Shown here one piece after another: positions 17,458 through 26,600 of a stretch of 64,000 bases of DNA. The position numbers and the translations under genes are program-made. Location of the stretch: contig CAZMTN010000002.1 in NCBI GenBank assembly GCA_964569655.1, positions 134,295 to 198,294 on the forward strand. The letters are read 5' to 3'. Under the pieces are notes generated by a model. It saw only the letters and a list, made by a program, of their open reading frames with translations, searched no databases and had not been told where the DNA came from. This DNA comes from an uncultured Candidatus Saccharibacteria bacterium. Lineage in GTDB: Bacteria; Patescibacteriota; Minisyncoccia; Phycocordibacterales; Phycocordibacteraceae. Position 1 is the first letter of the stretch. Each line of letters starts with the position of its first letter.

Positions 17458-18543
17458 ATGAGCAGCTCGTTCTCGCATTTCGCGAAAGTGCATTTCGCGC
17501 CGCCGGAATACATCTCGATGCCGACGGTGGGCGTTGACATGTCCGCGAGCGGCATCAAGATCGCGGTGCTGAAGGAGCGTCCGGGCGGCCTCGAGCTCGT
17601 CGATTGCGGCGAGGAGCGCCTTCCGAGCGGGTCGTTCGCTTCCGCGGACATCAATGACAGCGCCGCCATCGCCAAAGGCCTCGTCAATATCGCGAAGAAG
17701 CACAATGTGAAGCTCGCGAACATCGCCATGCCGGAATCCCGCACCTATCTCTTCGAGACCGACGTGCCGGGGCACACGCCGAGCGAATGGGCGACCGCGT
17801 TCGAGCAGCGCATCGACGAGTATGTGCCGCTGGCCCCCGCGGAGGTCGCCTTCGACCTCGTCCGCGCTGGCCAGAAGGGAGACCAGACCCATGTGGTGGG
17901 CGTCGGGTACGCGCGCCGCATGATCCAGCAATCGGTCGACGTCTTCAAGGAGGCGGGGATCCAGGTGCGTTCCATCGAGAGCGAGCTGTTCTCTATCCCG
18001 CGCGCGCTCCTGTCTCCTGGAGACCCGTCCACCGTGCTCATCATCGACCTCGGGAAGACCACGACCAAGCTCATGGTGGTCTCGGGCCGCCTCCCGCGCT
18101 ACGCGACGACGCTCGACATCGGCGGGCACGCGCTCACGCTTGCGGTGCAGAAGCACTTCGGCGTCACCGAAGAAGAGGCGAAGCGCGTGAAGGCCGATCG
18201 GGGGCTGGTCGCGTCCGACGACAACAAGGAATACCTCGCCGCCATGATGAGCACCATGTCCGCCATCCGCGAGGAGATCGTCCGGCGCCTCGACTATTGG
18301 CAGACGCGCGCGACGCCGGGCAGCGGGCGCGCTCCGGTGACGCGCGCCATCGTGGTGGGCGGCAACGCATCGCTCAAGGGTCTGCCAGAGTACCTCGCCG
18401 CGGGACTGAAGATCCCGGTGAGCCTCGGCGACGTGTTCACCAACCTTGCGTCCCGCGACGCATGGCTCCCGCCGGTCGATTTCATGGAATCCCTCGCGTA
18501 TCCGACGGCTATCGGCCTCGCGCTCAGACAATATGTCCCTTGA
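17458..18543 (+). CDS. pilM: type IV pilus assembly protein PilM (actin-like ATPase fold)
   Basis: 361 aa; PilM-like and followed by PilN/PilO-like genes with overlapping stop/start codons. Confidence 0.7.
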   Translation: MSSSFSHFAKVHFAPPEYISMPTVGVDMSASGIKIAVLKERPGGLELVDCGEERLPSGSFASADINDSAAIAKGLVNIAKKHNVKLANIAMPESRTYLFETDVPGHTPSEWATAFEQRIDEYVPLAPAEVAFDLVRAGQKGDQTHVVGVGYARRMIQQSVDVFKEAGIQVRSIESELFSIPRALLSPGDPSTVLIIDLGKTTTKLMVVSGRLPRYATTLDIGGHALTLAVQKHFGVTEEEAKRVKADRGLVASDDNKEYLAAMMSTMSAIREEIVRRLDYWQTRATPGSGRAPVTRAIVVGGNASLKGLPEYLAAGLKIPVSLGDVFTNLASRDAWLPPVDFMESLAYPTAIGLALRQYVP

Positions 18544-19093
18544 TGTAATCAACCTATTGCCGACCGAGCTCAAGCGTTCATTCCGCAGAGGCTATTTCCT
18601 GCGCCTCGCCACCGTAGCGGTATTCCTGTTTGCCGCGCTGGTCGTCGTCCACGCGGTGCTCCTGCTCCCGTCCTCCATCTACCTTTCCGTAATACGCGAA
18701 TCAACCGAACGCGAACTCGCTTCGATAAATGCGAGCGCCGCGACGCAATCTTCTGAGACCAGCACGCGGCTGGCGGCACTGAAACAGGAGGCCGTCTATC
18801 TCGCGCGCCTCGGCGATGCGCCCACCGCAAGCGCGGCAGTGCAGGCCATCCTCCTCATCCCGCGTCAGGGCGTCCGCATCACCTCGATCACGTTCGCGCC
18901 GGCGGCGGGAGGCGCCGCCAACGGCGTCATGACGATCACGGGCCGCGCGAATACGCGCGACGCGCTCAGGAACTACAACCTCGCGCTCTCGAACGCGCCG
19001 TTCGTGACCAAGGCGGAACTCCCGATCAGCTCGTACGCTGCGGAGTCGAATATCCCGTTCACCATCACGCTCACCGGAACCCTTAAGCCATGA
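18533..19093 (+). CDS. pilN: type IV pilus assembly protein PilN-like (single TM, periplasmic domain)
   Basis: start at MSLDVINLLPTELK overlapping the pilM stop; N-terminal TM helix; position after pilM. Confidence 0.6.
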   Translation: MSLDVINLLPTELKRSFRRGYFLRLATVAVFLFAALVVVHAVLLLPSSIYLSVIRESTERELASINASAATQSSETSTRLAALKQEAVYLARLGDAPTASAAVQAILLIPRQGVRITSITFAPAAGGAANGVMTITGRANTRDALRNYNLALSNAPFVTKAELPISSYAAESNIPFTITLTGTLKP

Positions 19094-19623
19094 ACCGACC
19101 CGCCATCCATCTCTTCATAGCGCTCGGCATCCTCGCGGCGGCATGCGTCGGCTACGGCGTCGCGTATCACGCGCTCGGAACCCTGAGCGCGTCCGTTGCC
19201 GCGCTCACCGACGAGGTGGCCGCGAAGAAGGAGAGCGCATCGGCTGAGGCGCTTGCTGCTCAGGAGCTCGATCGCCTCGCGCTCGAGGAGATGCGCATCC
19301 GGGACTATTTCGTCGCTCCCGACAATATCGTCTCCTTCCTGGAGACGCTCCAGGCGAAGGGCGTCGCGCTCGGGTCCGTCGTCACCGTCGTCTCCGTCTC
19401 CGCGGTCCCGACGCCGCGCCCTCATCTCGACCTCTCGCTGCGCGTCGACGGGTCCTTCGATGTCGTGATGCGCACCATAGGCTCCATCGAGCACAGCCCG
19501 CACGACATAACGGTGACGAGCCTGGTGCTCGACGTCATCGATACCGAGGCTGCGGATGCGCCGTCTGGCTGGACCGCGACCATGAAGATGGACGTAGGCA
19601 CCGCCACTTCCACCACGCCATGA
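19090..19623 (+). CDS. pilO: type IV pilus assembly protein PilO-like
   Basis: 177 aa; N-terminal TM then coiled-coil; ATGA overlap with pilN. Confidence 0.55.
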   Translation: MNRPAIHLFIALGILAAACVGYGVAYHALGTLSASVAALTDEVAAKKESASAEALAAQELDRLALEEMRIRDYFVAPDNIVSFLETLQAKGVALGSVVTVVSVSAVPTPRPHLDLSLRVDGSFDVVMRTIGSIEHSPHDITVTSLVLDVIDTEAADAPSGWTATMKMDVGTATSTTP

Positions 19624-19916
19624 AATTGACTTCTCTCAGCGGGCTCGACATGAATCGCTTGGAATACGGCGAGCATCTGCGGCCGTTCCGCGACTGGATG
19701 ATCATGCTCGCCGTGTTCGCTGCGCTCCTCCTCATGAGCGCCCTCTGGAGCGCTTGGGTCTTCTATCGCGCATGGACCGGCGAATCGGTCGGCGCGGAGA
19801 CCCCGGCTGCTCCCGTGAAGACAGACGAGATCGAGGCGGTGAAGCGCGTCTTCGAGATCCGCGCGATCGAGGAATCGCGATACGGCGGCGAGTATCACTT
19901 CGTTGACCCCGCATAG
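19620..19916 (+). CDS. small membrane protein, possible pilus biogenesis accessory (PilP-like position)
   Basis: 98 aa; one TM helix; ATGA overlap with pilO. Confidence 0.45.
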   Translation: MKLTSLSGLDMNRLEYGEHLRPFRDWMIMLAVFAALLLMSALWSAWVFYRAWTGESVGAETPAAPVKTDEIEAVKRVFEIRAIEESRYGGEYHFVDPA

Positions 19917-19936
19917 GAGTGCGGTAGGGTAGTAGG

Positions 19937-20008
19937 GCCCCCGTAGCACAATGGATCGTGCAGGAGACTTCTAAGCTCTTGATCTTGGTTCGATTCCAGG
20001 CGGGGGCA
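19937..20008 (+). tRNA. tRNA-Arg (anticodon read as TCT)
   Basis: acceptor GCCCCCG/CGGGGGC; D-arm GCAC...GTGC; anticodon loop CTTCTAA with one stem mismatch; T-arm GGTTCGATTCC. Confidence 0.6.
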
Positions 20009-20018
20009 CAAGCGAAAC

Positions 20019-20100
20019 GGGCACGTGGCGGAACTGGTATACGCGTACGGCTCAGAACCGTATCCCGCAAGGGTTGAGGGTTCGAGTCCCTCCGCGCCCA
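20019..20100 (+). tRNA. tRNA-Leu (anticodon CAG)
   Basis: GTGGCGGAACTGGTATACGCG D-arm typical of tRNA-Leu; anticodon loop CTCAGAA; long variable arm; T-arm GGTTCGAGTCC. Confidence 0.75.
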
Positions 20101-20142
20101 CTCATATAAAGGAAAGAGCGCCCGTTTGGGCGCTCTTTCTCT

Positions 20143-20218
20143 TGGTGCGCGGTGAGGGACTTGAACCCCCGACCTTCTCTGTGTAAAAGAGTTGCTCTAC
20201 CAACTGAGCTAACCGCGC
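20143..20218 (-). tRNA. tRNA-Val (anticodon TAC), CCA encoded
   Basis: acceptor GCGCGGT/ACCGCGC; D-arm GCTCAGTTGGTAGAGC; anticodon loop TTTACAC; T-arm GGTTCAAGTCC; 3' CCA present. Confidence 0.75.
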
Positions 20219-20298
20219 GTCTGAGCAGGGTAACGCATCTTCCGGGTTTTTTGAAGGGGTGCCGCAACCTAGCTCCGGCAGAGGCGGTTCTAACCAAC

Positions 20299-20979
20299 AT
20301 GAACGCTCCTGCATCCATCGGCATCCTCATGGACGGCAATCGCCGCTGGGCGAAGGAGCAGGGACTCTCGGCGTATGAAGGGCATCGCGTCGGCGTAACG
20401 AAGATAAAGGAGGTGATGCGCTGGTCGTGGAAGAGCGGCGTGAAGGAGGTAGTGATCTACGGCTTCTCCACCGAGAACTGGAACCGCGCCCCGGAAGAGG
20501 TGCAGGGCCTCATGCAGCTGTTCGAATACACCTTCGGGGGGCCGGATCTCGAAGAGCTCATCCAGGAGGGCGTGCGCGTGCGGTTCATCGGAGAGCGCAG
20601 CCGCATCCCGGACAGCCTGAAGCGGAAGATGGAGGACGCGGAAATGCGCACTAAGGAACTTCAGAATGGGACGCTCATCGTCGGTCTCTCGTACGGCGGG
20701 CGGGCGGAGATACTCGACGCAGTGAATACTTTGCTCAAAGAAGGGAAGGAGCAGGTGGATGAGGCGGAATTCAAGGACGCGATGTGGAGCCGCGGCACGC
20801 TCGACCCGGACATGGTCATTCGCACGGGCGGAGACAAGCGTCTCTCGAATTTCCTCCCGTGGCAGTCCGTGTACAGCGAGCTCTTCTTCACGGACACGTA
20901 CTGGCCAGCGCTCACCGAAGAGGAGTTCGGCTCCATGCTCCATGACTTCAAGAACCGCGAGCGCCGGCATGGACGCTAG
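20299..20979 (+). CDS. uppS: undecaprenyl/isoprenyl diphosphate synthase (cis-prenyltransferase, UppS family)
   Basis: start at MNAPASIGILMDGNRRWA (the ORF begins inside the tRNA-Val); DGNRRWA and RTGGDKRLSNFLPWQ motifs. Confidence 0.85.
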   Translation: MNAPASIGILMDGNRRWAKEQGLSAYEGHRVGVTKIKEVMRWSWKSGVKEVVIYGFSTENWNRAPEEVQGLMQLFEYTFGGPDLEELIQEGVRVRFIGERSRIPDSLKRKMEDAEMRTKELQNGTLIVGLSYGGRAEILDAVNTLLKEGKEQVDEAEFKDAMWSRGTLDPDMVIRTGGDKRLSNFLPWQSVYSELFFTDTYWPALTEEEFGSMLHDFKNRERRHGR

Positions 20980-21004
20980 TACCTGAAGGAGATAGGGTAG
21001 GGAG

Positions 21005-21727
21005 ATGGAGATTCTCTACGAGGACGACGATATCGTCGCCATCAACAAACCCGCCGGCCTCATGACGCACGGGGACGGTCGCAATGATGTCCGGACCGTC
21101 GCGGACTGGTTCGCGGAAGCGTATCCGGCGTCTAAGGACGTCGGCGAGACGCAGCGCCTTACGGACGGCAGCGAGATTAAGCGCCCAGGCGTGGTGCACC
21201 GCCTCGACACCGATACCTCGGGCGTGCTCGTGCTCGCGAAGACGCAAGAGGCGCACGCGTTCATGAAGGCTGCGTTCCAGGAACGCGAAGCCCGGAAGAC
21301 CTACCTCGCGTTCGTGTACGGTTCGCCGAAGGAGAAGAAGGGGACCATCGATTTCCCGATCGGACGCTCCAAGAAGGATTTCCGCCTCCGCTCCGCGCAG
21401 CCGAAGGCGGGCGGCACGCTCCGCGACGCGGTCACGAAGTTCGAGGTGCTGGGCGACATCGGGACGCACGCGCTCATGAAGGTGATGCCCGAGACCGGGC
21501 GCACCCACCAGATCCGCGTGCACCTCAAAGCCATCCACCACCCGATCGTCGGCGACGTCCTCTACGCTCCGAACCATCCCCGCGATCTCGGCTTCGACCG
21601 CCTCGGCCTCCATGCCTGGCGCCTCGACATCCCGCTCCCGGCAGGCGGCAGGAAGGAGCTCGTGGCCCCGATTCCTGAGGATCTGGCCCTCGCCGGGGCG
21701 CGATTCCCGGGGTTTGCCTCCCTATAG
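21005..21727 (+). CDS. rluD: RluA/RluD-family 23S rRNA pseudouridine synthase (no S4 domain)
   Basis: 240 aa; catalytic HRLDTDTSGVLVLAKT motif. Confidence 0.75.
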   Translation: MEILYEDDDIVAINKPAGLMTHGDGRNDVRTVADWFAEAYPASKDVGETQRLTDGSEIKRPGVVHRLDTDTSGVLVLAKTQEAHAFMKAAFQEREARKTYLAFVYGSPKEKKGTIDFPIGRSKKDFRLRSAQPKAGGTLRDAVTKFEVLGDIGTHALMKVMPETGRTHQIRVHLKAIHHPIVGDVLYAPNHPRDLGFDRLGLHAWRLDIPLPAGGRKELVAPIPEDLALAGARFPGFASL

Positions 21728-21750
21728 GAGGCGTGTTACAGTGGCGCGAC

Positions 21751-22266
21751 ATGCAGGCAGTATTGTCTCCAGTAAAGGTCACTGAACGCGCACAGCTCGG
21801 CATCCGCGCGGGTGATACCGTGCGTGTCGAGCAGAAGATCATCGAGGTGAAGAAGGGCAAGGGCGCGGACAAGAAGGAGAAGATCGTGAAGACCGCCCGC
21901 ACCCAGAACTTCGAAGGCCTCGTCATCGCGGTCAAGCACGGCACGGAAGCCGGGGCTACCTTCACCGTACGCGCGACCCTCTCGGGCATCGGCGTCGAGA
22001 AGATCTTCCCGCTCTATTCTCCGGCCATCGAGTCCATCAAGATCGTCCGTCGCTCCGCCGTCCGCCGCGCGAAGCTCTACTTCATCCGCGAGAAGGCCGC
22101 TAAGGAGGTCCGCCGCCAGCTCCGCAACATGCGCATGGTGAACATCAGCACCGATGAGTCCATCGTCGAGCCGGTAGCCGAGCCAGTCGCTCCGGTAGAG
22201 GAGACCCCGGCAGCAGAACCGGCACCTGAAGAGGTACCGGCTGAGGAGGAGAAGGCGGCGGCGTAA
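21751..22266 (+). CDS. rplS: 50S ribosomal protein L19 with Glu/Pro/Ala-rich C-terminal extension
   Basis: start at MQAVLSPVKV; L19 core (RAGDTVRV...FEGLVIAV...FPLYSPAIESIKIVRR); about 40-aa acidic tail. Confidence 0.8.
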   Translation: MQAVLSPVKVTERAQLGIRAGDTVRVEQKIIEVKKGKGADKKEKIVKTARTQNFEGLVIAVKHGTEAGATFTVRATLSGIGVEKIFPLYSPAIESIKIVRRSAVRRAKLYFIREKAAKEVRRQLRNMRMVNISTDESIVEPVAEPVAPVEETPAAEPAPEEVPAEEEKAAA

Positions 22267-22316
22267 GGCCGCCGCGTGCGTTTTTAGTGAGACGAATGTA
22301 TAGTAGCGGAACACCT

Positions 22317-22403
22317 GCCCAGGTGGCGAAATTGGTAGACGTACTACCTTGAGGTGGTAGCGCCCGCAAGGGCTTGGAGGTTCGAGTCCTCTCCTGGGCA
22401 CCA
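22317..22403 (+). tRNA. tRNA-Leu (anticodon GAG), CCA encoded
   Basis: acceptor GCCCAGG/CCTGGGC; anticodon loop TTGAGGT; long variable arm; T-arm GGTTCGAGTCC; CCA at 22401-22403. Confidence 0.8.
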
Positions 22404-22541
22404 ATGTAAAAGGTCGGGGCACGTAGCGGTGTATACTGTATACGTGCTCGTACGGGAATATTCCCGCTGACGAGGTCAAATAGACCGAAACGGGCAATAG
22501 CAAAGCGCGTCCTCACGGGCGCGCTTTGCTATTATGGATAC

Positions 22542-23099
22542 ATGGCACTCTTCACCGGGAAAGGAGACGGCGGCACGACGAAAGTCATCGATTCGACCGA
22601 GCGCATCTCGAAGGCGTCCGCGATGCCCGAATGCCTCGGCACGCTCGACGAATTGAACTCATTCGTCGGCTTCGCGAAGGTGCGCGCGAATGGAGCCGGA
22701 GACCCGATGATCGGGGAACAGAAGACGTCGGCGATCCTCCATGAGATACAGGAGCAGCTGTTCATCGTGCAGGCGGAAGTAGCGGGGGCGGATAAGCGGA
22801 TAGGGGAGGAGAAGGTAACGTGGGCGAGCACCACGGTGAACGAGATCGAGAAGGTGCTGCCGCCCATCACGAACTTCACTATCTCCGGCGGCACCGAGCT
22901 CTCTGCCATCTTGGACGTCGCCCGCACCATCTCGCGCCGCGCGGAGCGCCGGGTGGTCGGCGTCGAAGACTTAGGGCTCCGGACGCTCTCTCCTGGCACC
23001 AAAGCGTTCATGAATAGGCTGTCCTCGCTCCTGTTCGCTCTCGCGCGTCTCGCGAATACGAGCGCCGGCATCGAGCGCGAGACGCCGTCGTATCGCTAA
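22542..23099 (+). CDS. ATP:cob(I)alamin adenosyltransferase, PduO/MMAB-type
   Basis: 185 aa; N-terminal FTGKGDGGTT...LDELNSFVG signature of the Cob_adeno_trans family. Confidence 0.7.
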   Translation: MALFTGKGDGGTTKVIDSTERISKASAMPECLGTLDELNSFVGFAKVRANGAGDPMIGEQKTSAILHEIQEQLFIVQAEVAGADKRIGEEKVTWASTTVNEIEKVLPPITNFTISGGTELSAILDVARTISRRAERRVVGVEDLGLRTLSPGTKAFMNRLSSLLFALARLANTSAGIERETPSYR

Positions 23100-23141
23100 G
23101 CAAAATCAGCGCATCGTGGTATAACGCACAGGTGCGTGCAT

Positions 23142-23214
23142 GGCGGCCTTAGCTCAATGGTAGAGCCCTGGTTTGTGGTACCAGTGGTTATGGGTTCGAG
23201 TCCCATAGGTCGCC
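23142..23214 (+). tRNA. tRNA-His (anticodon GTG) with encoded G-1
   Basis: extra 5' G pairing with discriminator C; anticodon loop TTGTGGT; T-arm GGTTCGAGTCC. Confidence 0.8.
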
Positions 23215-23247
23215 CTCGTAAGAGGGGTATTTGCTATACTGCCCCTC

Positions 23248-23637
23248 ATGAAAAACTTTCTTAAGGAATTCGAGACGTTCGCGGTCCGCGGTAATGCGAT
23301 AGACCTCGCCATCGGCGTGGTAATCGGCGCCGCCTTCGGCCAGATCACGAACGCGCTCTCCACCAACATACTCACCCCGTTCGTCGGCCTCCTCCTCGGC
23401 GGCTACAATTTCAGCACGCTCTCGGTCACGCTCGGCGGCCAATCGGTGATCGGATACGGCATCTTTCTCCAGGCCCTACTGAACTTCGTCCTCATCGCGT
23501 TCGCGCTCTTCCTCCTCGTGAAGCTCATCAACCGCATCACGCGCCGGAAGAAGCAGGAGGAAGCGCAGGCGAAGCCGGTGGAGTCCGCCGAGCTCGCCGT
23601 CCTCAAGGAGATCCGGGACGAGCTCAGGACGCGCTAA
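23248..23637 (+). CDS. mscL: large-conductance mechanosensitive channel MscL
   Basis: 129 aa; MKNFLKEFETFAVRGNAIDLAIGVVIGAAFG signature. Confidence 0.85.
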   Translation: MKNFLKEFETFAVRGNAIDLAIGVVIGAAFGQITNALSTNILTPFVGLLLGGYNFSTLSVTLGGQSVIGYGIFLQALLNFVLIAFALFLLVKLINRITRRKKQEEAQAKPVESAELAVLKEIRDELRTR

Positions 23638-23648
23638 TATACATACAT

Positions 23649-24317
23649 ATGAAACAACTTCTCGCGGGCATCGTCATCATCGTCGTGCTCGGGCTCGCCG
23701 GGTTTTTCTATCGCAACACGCTCGAGCGCGCCCAGGGTCCTGAGCAGACCGCCTGCACCATGGACGCGCGCATCTGTCCGGACGGCACCACGGTAGGGCG
23801 CTCGGGTCCGTCGTGCGAATTCTCACCGTGCCTCTACCCGAACGTGGAGATCGCGTCCGCTAAGCTCGCGTACGCCGTGCCGGCCGGATACGAGGAGAAC
23901 GAGGCTGCGCTTGGGGACCCCACGCTGCTCGCCGCGTACGAGCAGACAGGCACCTCGACGCCGCCGAATGCGATCATCGTGTATCGCTTCCCGATTCCAA
24001 GCGGCCAGACCGCGAACGAGGTCATCCTCGCGAACACCATGCTCGAGCCGTCCGGCATGCAGCCCGAAGACATGAATGACTTCCGTCCGCGCATCATCGG
24101 CACCAAGACGTTCTCTTCGATCACCGTCGAGCGCTTCGAGGCGGTCGTGCATAGCGCGTACTATCTCCCGCGCGCGGATGACGTGCTCCGCTTCGATGTC
24201 ATCGAACGGGACGTCGAGGGGTGGACGGATGCGGATCTCATCGTCTCGAACCTGCCGGAGCACCAGGCCCTCATCCGCATGCTCGGCACTCTCAGGGACT
24301 ACAGCGCCGGCGAGTAA
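23649..24317 (+). CDS. hypothetical secreted protein (N-terminal TM/signal, Cys-containing)
   Basis: 222 aa; hydrophobic N-terminus; no motif match. Confidence 0.5.
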   Translation: MKQLLAGIVIIVVLGLAGFFYRNTLERAQGPEQTACTMDARICPDGTTVGRSGPSCEFSPCLYPNVEIASAKLAYAVPAGYEENEAALGDPTLLAAYEQTGTSTPPNAIIVYRFPIPSGQTANEVILANTMLEPSGMQPEDMNDFRPRIIGTKTFSSITVERFEAVVHSAYYLPRADDVLRFDVIERDVEGWTDADLIVSNLPEHQALIRMLGTLRDYSAGE

Positions 24318-24397
24318 GGAAATACGCCCCCGCGCGTCAGGACAGGTAGCAGTCAGCCTCCACGGTATACTGCCTTTATATCCCTTAAGAGAACCCT

Positions 24398-25207
24398 ATG
24401 AACGAAACGATGAACAGTCTTGCCGATAACCGCGCCTTCCGTATCGCGTCGGTGGCGGCTATTTCCATCCTCGCACTCTTCCTTCTCGTGAAGACGGTGG
24501 ACGTGCTCGGCCAGGTCGGCGACGACGGCATGCCTCCTTCCAACGTCATCACGGTGAGCGGAACCGGCACCGCAAGCATGGTCCCGGACATCGCGAAGAT
24601 CACCTTCTCGGTCACCCAGGAAGCAAGCACCGTCGCGGCCGCTCAGGACGGCGCCACCAAGCAGGCGAACGCCGCGCTCGCTGCGGTAGAAGAGGAAGGC
24701 ATCGACGAGAAGGACATCAAGACGGTCTCCTACAACATCTCGCCGCTCTACTCGAACCCGCGCCCGTGCCCGATCGACGCGTACTGTGTGAATGGCGGTA
24801 CCCCGCAGATCTATGCGTACCAGGTGTCCCAGACCGTGCAGGTGACCGTCCGCGACCTCGAGCAGGTCTCGCCGCTCCTCACGGCCCTCGGCCAGCTGAA
24901 CGTCCAGAACCTCTACGGCCCTGAGTTCGCGCTCGATGACTCGTCTGCGGCCCAGAACGCGGCGCGCGCGGAAGCTATCGAAGAGGCAAAGGCCCAGGCC
25001 GAAATCCTCGCTGATCAGCTCGGCGTCGACCTCGTCCGCATCGTGAGCTTCTCCGACTCCTCCGCGTACCCGATGTACTACGGGAAGGCGTACGGCGGGG
25101 TAGCCATGGATATGGCGCAGGAATCTCGCGCGGCCTCGAACCCGTCGGTCCCGACCGGCGAGAACGAATACACCGCGCAGGTCTCCATCACCTACGAGAT
25201 CCGCTAA
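24398..25207 (+). CDS. SIMPL/DUF541 domain periplasmic protein
   Basis: 269 aa; N-terminal TM anchor; conserved VTVRDLEQVSPLL block typical of SIMPL. Confidence 0.65.
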   Translation: MNETMNSLADNRAFRIASVAAISILALFLLVKTVDVLGQVGDDGMPPSNVITVSGTGTASMVPDIAKITFSVTQEASTVAAAQDGATKQANAALAAVEEEGIDEKDIKTVSYNISPLYSNPRPCPIDAYCVNGGTPQIYAYQVSQTVQVTVRDLEQVSPLLTALGQLNVQNLYGPEFALDDSSAAQNAARAEAIEEAKAQAEILADQLGVDLVRIVSFSDSSAYPMYYGKAYGGVAMDMAQESRAASNPSVPTGENEYTAQVSITYEIR

Positions 25208-25260
25208 GTAGCAGGGAAGACGAAGAAGAAAGCGGCCCAAGAGGGCCGCTTTCTTCGTGA

Positions 25261-25289
25261 TTGACATTACTCACAAATAGATGCATTAT
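25261..25289 (+). promoter_or_regulatory. sigma70-like promoter TTGACA-N17-CATTAT
   Basis: TTGACA at 25261-25266, 17-nt spacer, CATTAT; GGGAGA Shine-Dalgarno before the ATG at 25321; preceded by a terminator hairpin. Confidence 0.5.
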
Positions 25290-25320
25290 ATGCCGAGCAA
25301 TTCACACGTGGGAGAACGTA

Positions 25321-25683
25321 ATGAAACGTACATTCAGCTTCGAGAGGAAGCCGGGCAAGGCCGCAGGGGACAAACTCATCACCGATCACAAGGTCGGTTC
25401 CCTCACCATCGGGGAAGGTCTGCGGCTCGCCAAGGAGGCCACCCAGCCGCATGCCACCGCTTACTTCCAGAGGGAAGCGAGCCACGCGGCTACCGCGCTG
25501 GTCGATGCGGTTCGCACCGGCCAGAAGACCATGCTCCAGGCGTATGCGCAGGCGCCGTTCCTCGGCATCGAGGACCTCGATCGCCTCGGCGAGCGGCTCG
25601 ACGGCGTCCGTCCGCAGGGATCGCTCAGCTGGGCCGAATGCCGCCGTCGTGAAGAAGCCGCCCGGAGAGCGCTCGCTTCCTAA
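25321..25683 (+). CDS. hypothetical protein (120 aa)
   Basis: ORF with promoter, SD and downstream terminator. Confidence 0.5.
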   Translation: MKRTFSFERKPGKAAGDKLITDHKVGSLTIGEGLRLAKEATQPHATAYFQREASHAATALVDAVRTGQKTMLQAYAQAPFLGIEDLDRLGERLDGVRPQGSLSWAECRRREEAARRALAS

Positions 25684-25702
25684 TCCAGGCGTGCCATGAA
25701 GC

Positions 25703-25735
25703 CAAGGCCCGCAACATTCCGTTGCGGGCCTTTTC
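25703..25735 (+). terminator. rho-independent terminator
   Basis: ggcccgcaac-attcc-gttgcgggcc followed by TTTT. Confidence 0.65.
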
Positions 25736-25737
25736 AT

Positions 25738-25766
25738 TTGACACACCCTTCCGGATGTACTATCCT
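25738..25766 (+). promoter_or_regulatory. sigma70-like promoter TTGACA-N17-TATCCT for secE-nusG-rplK
   Basis: same architecture as the promoter at 3628; followed by a cccccgcgggg plus T-rich hairpin in the leader. Confidence 0.45.
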
Positions 25767-25811
25767 TGCAATATACGAACCCCCGCGGGGTTTTTTAATT
25801 TGGAAACTACT

Positions 25812-25997
25812 ATGAACCTGTTTTCCTACCTCAAACACGTGCGCGCAGAGCTGAAGCACGTCGTCTGGCCAGATGCGACGGTTGCTGTTGGGCACACGCT
25901 TATCCTTCTTGCGATTGGCGCATTTCTCGCGCTCTTTATTGGCGTCCTCGACTACGGCTTCACCCGTCTCGTTGGGGAAGTCATCGCGAGCTTCTAA
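25812..25997 (+). CDS. secE: preprotein translocase subunit SecE
   Basis: 61 aa; single TM; KHVVWP motif; position immediately upstream of nusG. Confidence 0.75.
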   Translation: MNLFSYLKHVRAELKHVVWPDATVAVGHTLILLAIGAFLALFIGVLDYGFTRLVGEVIASF

Positions 25998-26006
25998 TCC
26001 CTTCCT

Positions 26007-26576
26007 ATGAAAATGGAAACTGCACCTTCGTTCTCCCCGGACGCATTCAACAGCGAGCCTCGCTGGTATGCCATCCACACCTACGCTGGCTATGAGAATG
26101 CCGTAGAGCGTAACTTGAAGCAGCGTATCGAGTCTCTCGGTATGGAAGGAAAAATCTTCGACGTGGTCGTTCCGACCGAGAAGAAGATTCGCGTGAAGGG
26201 CGGCAAGCGCGTCGTTGAGGAAGAGAAGATTTACCCGGGATACATCCTCGTCCGCATGACGGTGGACGAAGACTCGTGGTTCGTGGTGCGTAACACGCCT
26301 CGCGTAACCGGCTTCGTTGGCTCTGGCGTCACCCCGGTCCCTATGGACGAGGCTGAGGTCGCGGTCCTCATGAAGCGCATGGGCGCGGAAGTAGCGAAGC
26401 ACACCATCGACCTCGTCAAAGACGACCCTATTGTCATCGCCGACGGTCCATTTAAGGACCTCGAGGGCAAGGTAGGGGAGATTGATGAAGAGCGCGGAAA
26501 GGTAAAGGTGCTCGTTGCCATGTTCGGCCGCGAGACCCCCGTCGAGCTCGACTTTTTGCAAGTAAGGAAGCTCTAA
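26007..26576 (+). CDS. nusG: transcription termination/antitermination factor NusG
   Basis: 189 aa; NGN domain WYAIHTYAGYENAV; C-terminal KOW. Confidence 0.88.
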   Translation: MKMETAPSFSPDAFNSEPRWYAIHTYAGYENAVERNLKQRIESLGMEGKIFDVVVPTEKKIRVKGGKRVVEEEKIYPGYILVRMTVDEDSWFVVRNTPRVTGFVGSGVTPVPMDEAEVAVLMKRMGAEVAKHTIDLVKDDPIVIADGPFKDLEGKVGEIDEERGKVKVLVAMFGRETPVELDFLQVRKL

Positions 26577-26600
26577 GGTAGAGTCTGTAAACACATATAT

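Noticed and set aside
20230-20298. The ORF-track start of uppS at 20152
   Set aside because: That start lies inside the minus-strand tRNA-Val. The UppS family alignment begins at the Met at 20299.
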